Assembly (NCBI GenBank): GCA_000708835.1
Contig: DF237072.1
Coordinates: 62,001-126,000 of the forward strand
DNA length: 64,000 nucleotides
Direction: 5' to 3'
Source of the DNA: Klebsormidium nitens
Lineage: Eukaryota; Plantae; Klebsormidiophyceae
The translations under genes were made by a program, and so were the position numbers. Of the stretch, positions 12,401 to 25,100 are shown one piece after another (the first letter of the stretch is position 1; each line of letters starts with the position of its first letter). The notes beneath the pieces were generated by a model. The model was not told the origin of the DNA. It made no database searches and saw only the letters and a program-made list of their open reading frames with translations.

Positions 12401-15400
12401 ATCGGCAGTAAGAGCCTGCAAAAAAGGGGAGGCGGTAACTTAGCAATCTGGAAAACGTGCACTACTGGCAGTTGAACAATGGCCTGAGGATATTTCGCAG
12501 CACTTTGCCTGCTGACGTTAAAGAAATGAAAGTCACAAAGGGAAGTATGAGGGTCCTGGTCGGAGCCGCAGAACCAGTCCTGTCGGAATCTTGAGAGACA
12601 CACAAGAGTCAGTATTGCCAACGACAACGGACAAATTCAGATACACATGCACGGATTAGTGCGGCTTTGACGTCAATTTCCTTCAGTCCTCACAATACGC
12701 CTGCTGATAACCCTCTTTTCAAGGAAGCTGGCGCTCCTCGGTATCCATCATCAGAAAGCCCAACTAGCCTGGCTATTAGCAGAGCCACAGTATTCAGGAT
12801 GGATTGCGTAACCGGGCTAGAAAGCTCACGGGAGATCAATGTCATAATAACTTGGCCGTTTAAGCAGTAATCGGAACCGGCATATCCATGTCGCCAGGAC
12901 ATGTTGTGTCTGCAGTCACCTTCGGCTTTGGACCACAAGCTCTCAAATGCACTCAGTTCTGACTCAGTGAGTAGCGCTTTCAATCCCAAAGAATTAGTCA
13001 CGAGCTTTGCCAAACTCTTCGTAGCCCACTTACTGGATCGTTCCGCGCGGTCGTCTCCTTCGCAGCCAACCCGTTTTCACCATCCGCCTCACTCGGCCCC
13101 TCCTTCTCCTCCCCTCTCAACCTCTTCGGCAGATGGCCGTCCGCCTCCACCCGATACCGAACCGGCGCTTTCCCGTCACTCTCAGGGGGACGTTTTCTCC
13201 CTACTTCTTGCCCCCCTGCACGAGCCCCTTTCTCTGCTACTTGGCCCAAGCGTGCGCCGCTCTCTGCCGCTGGTTGTGCGGACTCCACGAAAACGTGCAT
13301 TCCCGCTGCAATTGCTTGGACTCTTAGACCTTCCGCTCCCCCTTGGCTCCCTCCTTCCCGCTCCCCCTTCCGCGCCTCCGAGCTCGATACGACTAAAAAC
13401 GCGGAACCTTCCGGCGACTCCCCTCCGATAGGCTGAGGCAAATCCGTCCCGGCCAAGTCTACCGGGCTCTCCATCAGTCCCTTGCTAAGTCCTCCCTTCT
13501 GCCCGGGGGCACCTGCACCAGGGGCTTGCTCGCCGACACGGTCTGGCGCACCGACGTCTCGACCCCCCCGCAGATCCGCACTCGAACTACGCCTCTCAGT
13601 GGCTCCTTCTCCGTGCGCTGTCTCCCCGGAGATTGCCCCCCCGGGCGCTTTTCGGCCGTCCGCGATGTCTCTTTCGAACTCCGGCACTGAGGCCACGGTA
13701 ACTGGATCCCCAACCGCTAGCCCCCCCGGAACTTCACGCTGCTTCGTCTCACCAGCACCGCTTGGCAAAGCTGCATACGTTCCCGCAGCCTCTGGAGATG
13801 CATGCCTTCGGGCCGCTCCGTGCGCTCCCCGCCTATCGGCAGTCAGCTCCTTGACTGAAACAATTGCCCCCCGAGATGCCGCCCCCTCGTCCCTGGAAAC
13901 CACTTCTGAAACACCACCTGAGACGCCTGCCTTTTCTGGCAATCCGCTAACGTGATTGGCCGGTTCTGCGCGCGGCTCGCGCTCTTCCAGCTGGCTCACC
14001 ACATACCCCCCTTCATGCTCCTCATGCGTCCAGACTGCACCGTCCCCCCCAGTTGCGATTCCGGGACCCGCGCCCGAGGCGGCCACCACTAAAACCTCAG
14101 CTAACCCCTCTGCTAACCCCTCTCTCGCCTCCACTGCCTGCCGCACACCATCCTCGATCCGCAAACCACCATTTCCTGCACCTAACCTCTTCTCTTGTGC
14201 ATCCGTCCCGCCATCTCGTTGCCCCCTCCCACGCACCTGCCGCAGCCGCTTCTCCATCCTGTCCCGCAGTTCGAGCTCCACCCGTAGCCGCCGGTTCGCC
14301 TCCAACTTCTCCCGCATCACCAGAACCCTCTCCCTCGCTTCCCGCTCGGCCTTCTCTGCCTCGGAAAGGGCCCTCTGCAACTCTTCCCGATTCCTCCCCC
14401 ACTCCGCCGCCTCCGCCTCCCCCTCCCGCAGCCCTGCCCAGCAGCGCTCCTCTTCTTGGGCCAGCGCCGCCAGCTGGCGCTCCGCTGACGTCGCACCCGG
14501 CTCCGCTGACGTCACCCCGAGCTCGAGCGGCACCAACGCACCGGCGGCTGCTGACAGCTCCGCTGGAACGGGGGCCAAGGTTTTGGGCACAGATGGAGCG
14601 GGCTCGCCAGAAGTAATTCCCTGAGGGGTAGAGATAGGCTTCGAAGGGGACCTGGGTCCCAACGGAGCTGCGGTTGCGCCGTCGGGTGCTGCCTGCAGAG
14701 CGACCCCAGTAAGCTCCTTTTCTAGCTTTGGCTGCTTGAGCGGGGGGCGGGAGACGTCAGCAGGGGAGGCTTTCCGTTTTGGGGGGCTGGCTCGGCCAGA
14801 TTCTGCAGCGCCTTTCCCTTCGAGAGGCTCTTTGAGAGGGGCCGGAACATTGGCGGACCTCAGTTCCTTCATTCCCGTCTGTGACATCAGCGTGGTGCTT
14901 GGTTTGGCTGCAGGAACTGCGACTGGGCCTTGAGGCTCGTCTGGCTTGTGTTTGGACTTAGGATTGGGATTCCCCCTCTCCAATTCCACCATGCCGACTC
15001 CTGTCCGGGACCCATCGTCCACACCTTGACCCTTTTGCGGTAGCACAGTCTGTTTCTTCTGGGGAGCCCGCGGCAAAGATTCTGACCCCTTCTCACCCAC
15101 ACCACCTTTGCTGGAGTTCGACACTCCAACTACTGTTTTAGGGGATACCACCCCGCCTGGCGCAGCCTTCACTTCCCCTAACCGAGCGAACACTCCCGGT
15201 GCCCCACCTCCAGTTGCAACTTTTTGGGGACTCCCCCCGGCCGGCCGCTTGTTCTCTTCCTTGACCCCAACAGGTTGCGCGACCGCTTTCCGTTTCTGGC
15301 CGACTGGGGGGGTTGCGGGCCGTCCCCCCTTGCTCGTTTGCTTCATTTCCTGCTCCATTGACGCCACCTTTCTCCGCATCTCCTCAAGAGCTGTCTCGAC

Positions 15401-16110
15401 GGACACCGCTTTCGCCACAATCTTTGTGTTTGGCCCTGGTTTCTGGCCCCCTATTACTGACACCACCAACCCCTTGCCCCCGACTGCTAACGACCCTTTC
15501 AGAGGCCCCAGTCTCCCAGCAAACCGGGACAAGGGCCCTGGGTTCCCCCCCCCCGATTCGGGCCTCCCCCCGTTACTCCTGCTCTCGCTCTCCTCGGCAG
15601 GAACGCTACCCTCGCGGACATTCCTCCCGCCCTCTAGTTTCTGCAGCTGCTGCCGAACGCGCTCCATCTCGCTCTGGAGCGACTCCCCCGCCGAGGCCTC
15701 GTCCTCACTGTCGTCGCTGAAAGTGAACACCAGATCGGTGCCGTCCTCCTTGCCAACAAGGCCCCCACTTCGGAGGTTCGCCAGGAAACTCTCAGCCTTA
15801 GCCGCGCCGTCGACACTTTCACTTCTCTTAGTGACGCCGATAGGAAGCGCCTTCTGGGGGGGCCCTTTTGCTGGCAGACGAGCCCCACCGGAAGAGGCGA
15901 GCCCCCTCTTCTCGGTGAGAGCTTTGGAGGGTCTCGATGGGGGCGTGGACCTGTTGACGCGGCTCTGTGGGGGCTGGCTGGAGCTGCGCTCCGGTGCATT
16001 GTCACGGGCAGCAACGGAGAGGAGAGTGCTCGAACTGGGTATCTTTCTCAGGGGGCTCTGCTTGGAGGGGATCCGGGGCTTTGCGGCTTGGGGTGGAGGT
16101 GGGGGGGCAA
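6415..16110 (-). CDS. ZFC3H1/Red1-like zinc finger C3H1 domain protein with C-terminal HAT/TPR-like repeats (nuclear exosome adaptor family); first exon(s) unresolved
   Basis: Phase-compatible exons at 13034-16110, 11832-12415, 11138-11284, 10316-10559, 9442-9534, 8945-9073 and 6415-8106 (stop TAG). Contains LVFTFSDDSEDE, a coiled coil, FRSFRL...WSNAVLPNWPLCATEVLSGRCSEKGCEYQHARDY (zf-C3H1-type CCCH), PIPIYRVG, and HAT-like ALAILARALEGNRQVPCLWAVYLELF and YALWVFYLN. A phase-1 upstream exon is required; 17056-17273 (weak GTGATG donor) is only a candidate. Confidence 0.82.
10664..10750 (-). repeat. Intronic copy of the acceptor and 5' end of exon 10316-10559
   Basis: 48 identical bp at 10664-10711 and 10492-10539 (offset 172). 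The acceptor CAG has become CCG in the copy. Confidence 0.95.
10785..11225 (-). repeat. About 200-bp tandem array: the 3' end of exon 11138-11284 plus flanking intron, followed by two decayed copies
   Basis: ACCACTTGCGCGGC recurs at 10799, 11001 and 11201 (periods 202 and 200). AAGGGTCTT(T)AGTCTTCTAAATGCTTT and TTGAGTGCTG also recur. Confidence 0.92.
11670..11783 (-). repeat. Decayed intronic copy of the 3' end of the zinc-finger exon (source 11832-11947)
   Basis: Minus-strand TGGCCGCTGTGTGCGA...AGCGAGACGGGGTGCAAGTATCAGCATGCGCGA...GAGAAGGGGCT aligns with the WPLCA...RCSEKGCEYQHAR...EKGLL exon. It has indels, an in-frame TGA and no donor. Confidence 0.9.
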
Positions 16111-19100
16111 CTGTGGAAGATGAATCATAACTTTAGTCATTCTTTATGCTGGAAATCTGATTGATTTGGTGCAGCTTAGGCCGCTGCATTGGAAGAGGGT
16201 CGCTCGATCCTCTTTGAAGAGGTGGGTGTCGGCAAAGTTAGACAAGCACAGTATGAACATGGGTCACATTCTAGAGGACCTTCAAAGTGCACATGTCACA
16301 GAATGCAGACAACAACGTTCAAGGCGGCTGAGAACCAGAGACAGCGGAGTGCCGGCAGCATAAACTGAAAACTATTGTAGGTCAACCGGCACCGATCCAG
16401 ACTGACACAAAGAAAGCATGCTTACAGAACTACGTTCCTCAGACTTACTGAAGAAGCATTGAAGCAAAGCATCATAACCAGTGCGGGTGCCCATTTCAAG
16501 TAGTGCAGTATCTTAGGAGCGGATCGGGTCAACAAACTCCAAGTTCCAACCATCAAGCCATAGGTGTTGCCAGGAATGTCAGGCACTTGGTTCAGATCGG
16601 CCTTTTTTATTGACTTCAAGGGTTGACCAGAGATGTTGACTTGCTGGGTTGACAAGAGTCAAACACCGACATCGAGGATTTAAAACATGTTCATGTTTCT
16701 ACTGCCTCTGCTTCATCATGGGCAGCGGCAAAGATAAGCCATCAGCGACCATTTCCAAAATAAGATCACTGAAGTTGTTCGCGCATGCACGATGGAAAAG
16801 AACCCCATCTGAAGCCAACCAAAAGATGCATTCGTGCCAAGCGTTTCTGCCCTAAGAGATCCAGTTGTGCATCATCAACCACTCCAGATTCTGCAAAACG
16901 CAGGCCTAAACAGGCCTAAACATCCATTTCGGCAACATCCTGTCCTCAATAACCATCACAGAGTCCAACAGAGAACAAAGTCCATTATTCAAAATCCGCA
17001 CAAACACCTACACTCACAAGCTGATGGTGAGCAGAATAAGTCAACCACTCAATCATCACCTTTTTCCTCCTGCGCGACACTCGTGACAAACAGGCTGGCC
17101 CCCAACATGCTCAGGTCATCTTTCACAAGCGGAATGATCATTCCCCGTGCCAGTCCCAGGAGGGCACCATTCTCGCCTTCGGCTGCCGCAAGCACAGAGA
17201 CCATTTCCCCAGCATGGTCCCCCTCATTGCGTATCGGCGACCACTCTTCGTTCGCACCAGTTTCTGACTCCATTCTTCCACGGTGTTACATCATCCCAAT
17301 GTTATGCATCGTCGGCAAAGGGCTAGTCGTTTGCATCTTGCAGGCTTTTAATGTGACTTTTAAGGCTTGTGTACCATGCTGGACCATACTGGACCAATGC
17401 TTGCAAGCCTGCGCTCCATCGCCATTGGCATTGGTTGCTCAGCTCACGGTGACACTAACAATGTCCCCACTCCAGACATAGCAAGCAGTGGGAACAAAGA
17501 GGACGGGTTATTCCTTCGTTAACCTCCCGGTTAACGACACTGAACATGCTTGGCGATCTGCGCACACACCCAGAAGTAGGTTGGGCGGTCGGAGGGTTAC
17601 GGATTAGGGTTCATGAACTGGCGTCACCCTCTTACGGAGCCACATTTCTGCTGAACAAAGGACAGTCTTTCAGCTGGTGAGGTGAAATCGGGCGGCAAGC
17701 CCGTTTTTCTGCCACTGATTTTGCCACAGTTTAACTCAGACACGTTCTCTGCTGAGCAGTTGGTGCAGTTGATCAAGCACAATTCGATGCCAGAAGAGCT
17801 GCAGTAAAAGAAGATGCAAGGCGCCCAAACGATCTGCAGTGTAGAAGACTGCAATTCTCTGCACATATAAGCAGACTGCAGTTTGAGGTACACACCAGCA
17901 CGGCAGCAGCTGAAGTGTGAAAGCTTCTTGGGTACCAGGTAAGGTTGATTCCAGGCCCAATCAAAATCCAGTGTCCTTGATGGTGTCTGCTGTGGAATCA
18001 TACTCTAGAACAAGCCACATCCTTTTGTGAATGAGAACCTGTTGTGTTGAGCTTCTCAGACCTGAAATGACACTGTTGTGAAAGGAGACAGCTTTATAGC
18101 CTGTGCTTATCAAAAGCTGACCACTGGAGTATATTCAGAGACTGCCTTCCTTCTGCAGCTTCTTCGTTCTTGGCAGAACTGATGGCAGTTCATCTTGAAC
18201 AGATGGCAACCCAAGGTGGCAGAGCGCCTTTGACCTTACTGGGAAACTGGCATCTGGTTCTGGACTTCTGACAATAGCCTAGCACGTTCATCACGTACAT
18301 GAAGCAGACAGCTTCTGGGTTTGACGTATTTCAAGTTATGCAATTGGGGCTCAAAAACAGCACACATTCTTTGACCTGGCGATTTCATCTTTCAACAATA
18401 TCCCTGAAAGTGCTTTCTGGCTGAAACCCCACCCGGATTGATCAGCTCCCATCTACCATGGTGTCTGCCCTTGGTCGTAGTAATCTTTAGCCGCTATCTT
18501 TGTGTGCCTTGATTCCTTTCCAACACTCAGATCAGCAACAAAGGGATTATTAGTGGTCATTAAGTCCACAGAATTTTAATCTCATGAAGTCCACAGATTT
18601 GGTTGTTCCAGTTTCCTGTATGTGAGGAAGCTGTTACGAAAGGCTTGGTTTTTCCAGTTCCTGCGATTTGAAGAAGCTGTCATGGAGATTCTGAGAAGTA
18701 ACACAGTTTTTGTGTCTGCAGAGGAGTGCAAAGTGTGCAGCCCTGCATCAGTACATTCGTCGTTCGAGCAATCACTTCTTACGCCAACTTCCTGTTGCTC
18801 AGATTAGGGACTAGGTGAGTGCTGCTTGGTTGTCTTTGCCCTCTTTGCTGCACAATAAGAGGAATTCTGTTCGTGTGGCTATTATCAATAGTAGTGAAGA
18901 AAATTGGTGGGGAAAAAGCTCGAAGTCTACCAGGCGGATGATGCTACTTTCAAAGACAAGCCAAAAACTTCTCATCAAGCAATCTGGCATACTTTGTTTG
19001 TGAAGTCTCCTGCCAAGAAGTTGCGGGTCAAGTTTTGATGATGATTTCTTTCCTGCAATTCAAAGTCTGCGAATTTAAATCCTCCGTCCAGATCAATCTC

Positions 19101-19196
19101 CTGACACTCAAGTGCTCATATACCGAACATTTCCTCAGTGTTCAGTGACCATTACTACCTTGCTTTGACGAGAACTATCTTCATCCTCTTTTGCAG

Positions 19197-22100
19197 ATCC
19201 CTGTTTCAACAGCGCTGCGAAATTGCAGCATGCAACCGGCGGTCCCTTCAACAGATTCTCCTGTCCTTCGAGGATTTCCCTTGCCCTCTGATCAGATTGC
19301 TGACCCTTCTCGGGAGACAGCAGTTAGCTTCGAGTCTCAGCTTTATGAGGCCGAGCCCCCCAAAACCCCGCTTAACCCGGTCTTAACCCAGTCAACCAGT
19401 CCTAGTGGAGGAACTGGTTTGGCTGAACTCAAGGGGTTTCGTTTGGGTGACGTCGACAACCCCCGGGGAACAGCTGTCAGCTTTGCTGCGGGTTATCAGC
19501 CAGGGGCATCAACACCGGAAGTCAAAACCCGCTCAATACTGTCCGACGTCCCTGCACCCCGGCCCCTAAAACCTCCCCCTGACCAGCTCAAAAGACGGGC
19601 CGACGCTGACCCCCCGGTGCTAAAGGGGTTTCGTTTGACACCGGATGAGGCCCACGCCCGCGACGCCGCGCTGAGCTTCTTCAGAGGCAGCTCCCCAGGG
19701 AGTGAAGAACCGTTGCAATCGCCAGCCTCAAACCCTTCCTTCGGGGGGGGCGTTTCCTCCTTTTCTCACCCCCCCGCAAGTCACGCCTCGGCAGTGGCAC
19801 CGAAGCAAGGGGGTGATGTCGAGTCGCCCGTTCTGAGGGGTTTCCGGCTCCCCGACGGGGGCCCTTCCAGCCCCCCCACTAGAGACGCCGCAGTCAGTTT
19901 CGATGGGCCGCAGTCTCCAGCGGTCATTTCACACCGCCCGTTGCTGCGCCCTGTCACAGAAGACCCCCCCTCCGCCCCCGACGTCGGCCTCTGCATCGTT
20001 CTAACTGCCGACAGTTCCCCAAACCCCAGCCTCGGGAACTCCTTCAACAGTCCCAAAACCATAAGCCCTGGAAACACTAGCCCGGCTGGTCGGTCAATCA
20101 TCAGCCGGGGAGAGGGGCTCGGCGGCCTGCCCAAGGGCCGGCTGACGTGGAATGATGTCATCAATGGGGCTTCTGAAGAGAATGCAGGGACGGGCAAGGG
20201 GTTAGGCGAAGCAGGTGCCACTGAAGCGGCAGATGCAGATTGCGGAGAGGAGTCTGATGACGTCAGCGATGGACAAGAGGAACCGGAGGGCGTAGTGTTC
20301 AAGCGGGTTGTGGCGGAGGGGGATGATGTCACCCTAGGTGCGGGGGCGCGCAAGGGCGAAGATGATGACGTCAGCACGGCCGAGGTGGGGTCAACGTCAG
20401 AGAGCCGTATGGGAAGAAATGACGTGAAGCTGACCTTAGATGTCGAAAAGGGAGGTTTCAAAGGAGTGGTTGCATCCGGTCAAAGGATGGGAGCGGAGCA
20501 AGGGCAGGGGATGAAGGGAGGGGGAAGCGACACAAAAGAGGACGGAACGGCACAGCTTCAAGGGAAGTCTGCAGCAGCGTCGGGGAGCCCATCCGGTCCC
20601 GTAGAAAGAAGCGTGGAGTCGCTTGAAGAAGATTGGCACGGGGAAGGGGAGGCTGAAACGGAGGCGGCAAGGGGCAGCGGATCGAGATATAAGGTCACAG
20701 GGAACGCTTGGACCGGGATGGATCTGAACGGAACGGATTGGGGCAGACCGGAACCGACGGGAGTGCAACGGACTACCGGTGGGAAGCGGCCGGACGCGCA
20801 GCCGCAGAAGGAGTGGGCGGACTCCCATGAGGACGTCAACGAGCCGGTCATCTCAGCTGCACGGGCGTTCAGTCCGAAGCAGAAGGCGCCAGTTTTAGGG
20901 TCACCTTTTCGGGCCGAGGGCCTGCGTTCCGGGGGGGATGTGTCGAGGTCACCCAGCTTCGAAAGGCTGCCGAGCTTTTCGGACAGGGAGGGGTCCGAAG
21001 TCGTGTCCGCAGCGAAGGCGTTCAGCCCGAAAGGGGGGGGTAAGACCAGGCTGGGGAGTACGGAAAAGTCGGCCACTCAGGACGAGGAGGAGACGGGGGC
21101 GAAGAACGGGCGGCAGAGTGTCGATGGTCGGGGGCACAACGCGCACGGGTCTGCAGAGTTCGAGCATATTGCTGAACATGTTTCAGCTGCCAGCTTGGAA
21201 GCATCCGGAGATAGTGCTGGAGCTGTGACTTCATCGCGGGTGACGTCAGCGGAGGTTGCCGGTGATGTCAGCGGGGAAACGGGGGGGCAAGGCCACGGGA
21301 GAGAGCCAGGAAGTGGGGTTGTGAAGCCGGGGGCCAAGGGCGGGACGGCCAAAGAGGTGCCAAGCAAGCGGGTGCTCAAGGAAATCGTCTGGGAAGGAAA
21401 CGGGAGCGAAGTTTCGCATGAGGAGGGAAAGGGAGTTCGTGAACCTGTCGCGGCGACTGGAACGGCTCTGCCGGGGAGCGAGCCTGGCTCCAAGCAGAAG
21501 GCGGCCCCTCCAGCAATGGAGCCAAAACCTGCGGTCAAAGAACCCGGTGAAACACCCCGGCCGAAGCCTCGGCGGCGCAAACCAGAGGGGAACGGCCCGG
21601 TTGTTGGCAACCGGGACTCGGGATCACCAGACGGGTTGACTCTTCTCGCTGCTCAGTACGAGGATTCGCCTCCTCGGAAGGTCCCTCCTTCAGAGCCATC
21701 TCAAGCATCTCGGCCTCAGCAAGAACATGTCTTCAGACCAGCGGGAGATGCAGTCAGGGGCGTGGATAGAATTAGAGAAGGGGGGCGGATCTTGAGTCCG
21801 GAAAGCGGCGCCCGTATTCCGAAAACGGTCCACTCGGGCGCAAACCCCCCTGTCAAACGGAGTCAGCCTAAACCCCGGTCAGAAGAAGTCTGGAGCGAGG
21901 ACGGGGGATGGACTGGAAACACTATGGACGCTCCTTCGAGTCCGGACACGCTTCCAACGGGTACGAACTCCCCTAAGAAGCAGACTCAACCGAGGCCCCG
22001 GGTTTTAGAGTCTGCTCCAGGATCCCCACTTAAAGCCGGAGAGTCTCCGAGAGCGCCTCGGAAACCGGCGCCCAAACCCTCAAACTCCGCCAGCGAGCCC

Positions 22101-25100
22101 CCGCCAACGGCTTCCTTGAGCACAGGGGGGCAAACCAAGCAGCAAACCGCACCCCCCCCTGCAAAGCGTCCAGCCAGACCCCCTGGTTCGGAGGACGGAG
22201 CACCCGGTTCAAACAGGCCTGGTCTCGGAGAAATAGGGGGTTTCGAAAACACGGTGACCCTCCGCCCGGTAAAGACCAGTCGCCCCGACTCCAGCGGCCA
22301 AGATATACCCCGTACTCAACCCTTGAGCCCAGCCCCTTCAAGCAGTCCTTCTCATGTGGGTATGTTCCCTGGTTTGAACGCTGCTGCGCGACAATCGGCC
22401 CGAAACACTCCGGACGATTCGGACCATCTCAGAATGCCGGAGCTTTCGGTCAGCCCCCGCGTCGCGCCTGCCAATCGCCCAAAGCCTCACCCCGTCCCCG
22501 GTGCAGGAAGCACTCCCCGGGCTGCGCCACGTGGCAGCCACGTGGCTCCACATCCGCCGCCGTCGGACCCACCCCGGGCTTCGAATGCTGCCCCCGGAAG
22601 CGTGCCACGTGGCAGCCACGTGGTTTCGAACCTCCCTGCAGGTTCTGACACCCCCCGGTCTTGTGACGCTCCGATGACAGACCCGTACCTCCTTTCCGAG
22701 CCCTACAAGCCCAGCACGTTCGGGGCCCCTGCCCGTCCCACTTCGGGGGGGCGCCCGCTCACTGCAGAACGCCCCCCCAGCGCGGACACGGCCAGCCGGT
22801 ACACGTATAGTGAACGGCCAATCAGTGCGGAGCGGTGGGTGGCGCCATCAGAGTCTGAAACCCTAACCCATCCTCCAAACCCGCCTGAGAACCTGCCGGG
22901 CAATCACGCGCGCTCTTTCCCGCCCGAGTTGGCGCACGTCCTTCCATTCCCCTTCTCTGGAGTGCCGCCCATGTTGGGACACGTGGCAGCACCTCACTGG
23001 CCGCTGGCGCTGGGGCCGGACAGTCAGTTTGTTAGGTCGTCGAGTGAGGGTTTTGGTGCAGTAGCCTCGCTTAACCGGAATGGGTTATTCCCCTTCCTGG
23101 ATCCCTACCAACAGCTGCAAGCGCAGTTGATGCAGCAGTACCCCGGGATTAGCTTCCCCCCGCCCGGTTTGGGGAACCCGTACGGAAGCCCGTTGACTAA
23201 ACCCGAAAACCCTCTGCCCGCGCACGCGTATACGCCCAGCCTTTCGCACCTGCCCGCCCCGTCTCAAGAGTTTCCACACCCACAGAGTCAGCCCCAAACC
23301 GGTTTGACCCAAACCCCTTTTGCGCACCTCCAAAGCAACGCACATCCATTTGGTTCGTTCCCTAACCCCGGGCTCCAGTATCCCCCCTTTTCCCACCCCT
23401 ACTTTCCGTATGGCATCCCTCCTCCTTTCTACTCCCCCCCTCCTTCTGTCTTCCCCTTCGCTTCTGCATCCGGGCCACTCAGTCAGGGTTCTGAAGCGGG
23501 GACTTCGCAGGGGGGTCCAATTGCCGGCAGTTTTGTCCCCCCTCCGGAGCCCAGGTCTGCAAGCCGGGAGGGGTTGGACAGGAGCGCGTCTGCCCGAAGC
23601 GAGCTTCTGAAGGCTAGGGACACCGCAATCCAGGTACGTTCTTAAGTTCAAGTGGGTTTCAGCTTCAGGTTCTTCTTGTGCACGTATGATTTCGATTATT
23701 TTGAATCAGAACCGAGACCTTGTAACCTGGTCCGGATGTCTCCCCTTAAACGTTCTCATCTAAGAGTCAGCCGTGTGTCCTTCACCTAATGTTGTGTGAT
23801 CCAATTTCTGTCAGAGGGTTTTGTGGGCGGGTTCTCTAGGTCTCGCCTTCATTCTTGTTCGTTTGTTTGTTAGCATGTGCATCGTACTCTAGGGCTGATC
23901 CTGGTCCTCCGGATGACAAATTTGACGTTCGGAAACATTACTTGGACGCTGCGACATGAGCCGGGGCTGATCAACAGTCTGAGATTAGAAACTCAGGATC
24001 GTGTTACAGACCTTCTTTGCTACGAAAGTTTTGTGGAGCCCTCCTTGCTATTCCTTTTTGCTCACAAGGGCTTGTGTATTCATGCAGAGGGCGCAACAAC
24101 GGGCTTCCAGAAAAGAAGCATTGGTTCCTCCTCAACCTGTGACCAAACCCCCCGAACCAAAGGCACCCCCCCCGCCAGATCTGAACCCTCTGAAACCCGC
24201 AAGTTCGGACCCCACAGGAAGAGCAAGATCCTTAGCAGGCTCCGCACCTCGCAAAACTTCCATAACCCAGAACCCCAAACCCCTGGGTCCTTCAAAAGTG
24301 GTACGGTCCCTAGAGTCGACGTCAGCGAAACAGCAACCACGGGTTGTCGTTGGCTCTGACGTCGTCCCTCCTGTGGCTGCCCCGTCATCCAGACGTCAGC
24401 AAGCGCCTAACCTCCACACCAACCCCCTCACAAACCCTCCCGTCAACCCCTCCACAAACCCTCAGCATAACCGGCTGCCAAACCCGGCTCCAAACCCTCC
24501 TCATATACCGGGGCACCCCCTCCATGCGGCGTCGGAAACCCTCCCCTCATACGACGACTTCCTAGAGTTTCTCCGCTTCCGGTCGGCTCTTGCGGCCCAA
24601 GCACCAGGCGCGCTGACGTCAGCATCCGCGCTCGCCGCCGCCTTCTCTCCTGCTGCCCCCCACCCCGGCTCGCTAATGGAGGGTATGCAAGGGTCAGCTA
24701 ACCCGTTCGGAGGTGCGCTGACGTCAGCAGTCCCGAACGCCCGTCCGCCAGCAGGTCTCCCCGTACTCCCAAGCGGGGCGTCTCGGAAAGCAGCCCAGGC
24801 TGGGCTGCTGACGTCAGCAACGGCTCGGGGGCGCGCCGCCGCTGACCACCAAAAGCTCGCATCGGCCGCTCGCACGATCCAAACGCTATGGCGGGAGCAT
24901 AAGCTGTTGAAGCGGGAGCGGCGCCTCCGGGAGGCCCCCGAGCGGCGGGCCGGGATGCTGCTGACGTGGCGCTTCCGGGCGCGCTTTTTGCACTTGAGAA
25001 GGGTCGCCGTTTTCCTACAGTCCCTCCGCAGGGGAGTGCTCTCGCGCCGGCGCTTCTGGGCGACACGAAAAGCGGTTCGGATCATTCAGAGCGGCTGGAA

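Noticed and set aside
13133-16130. Long plus-strand ORFs (e.g. 15108-16130, 13956-14624, 13482-13955)
   Set aside because: Antisense shadows of the GC-rich 3-kb ZFC3H1-like exon, with no independent motifs.
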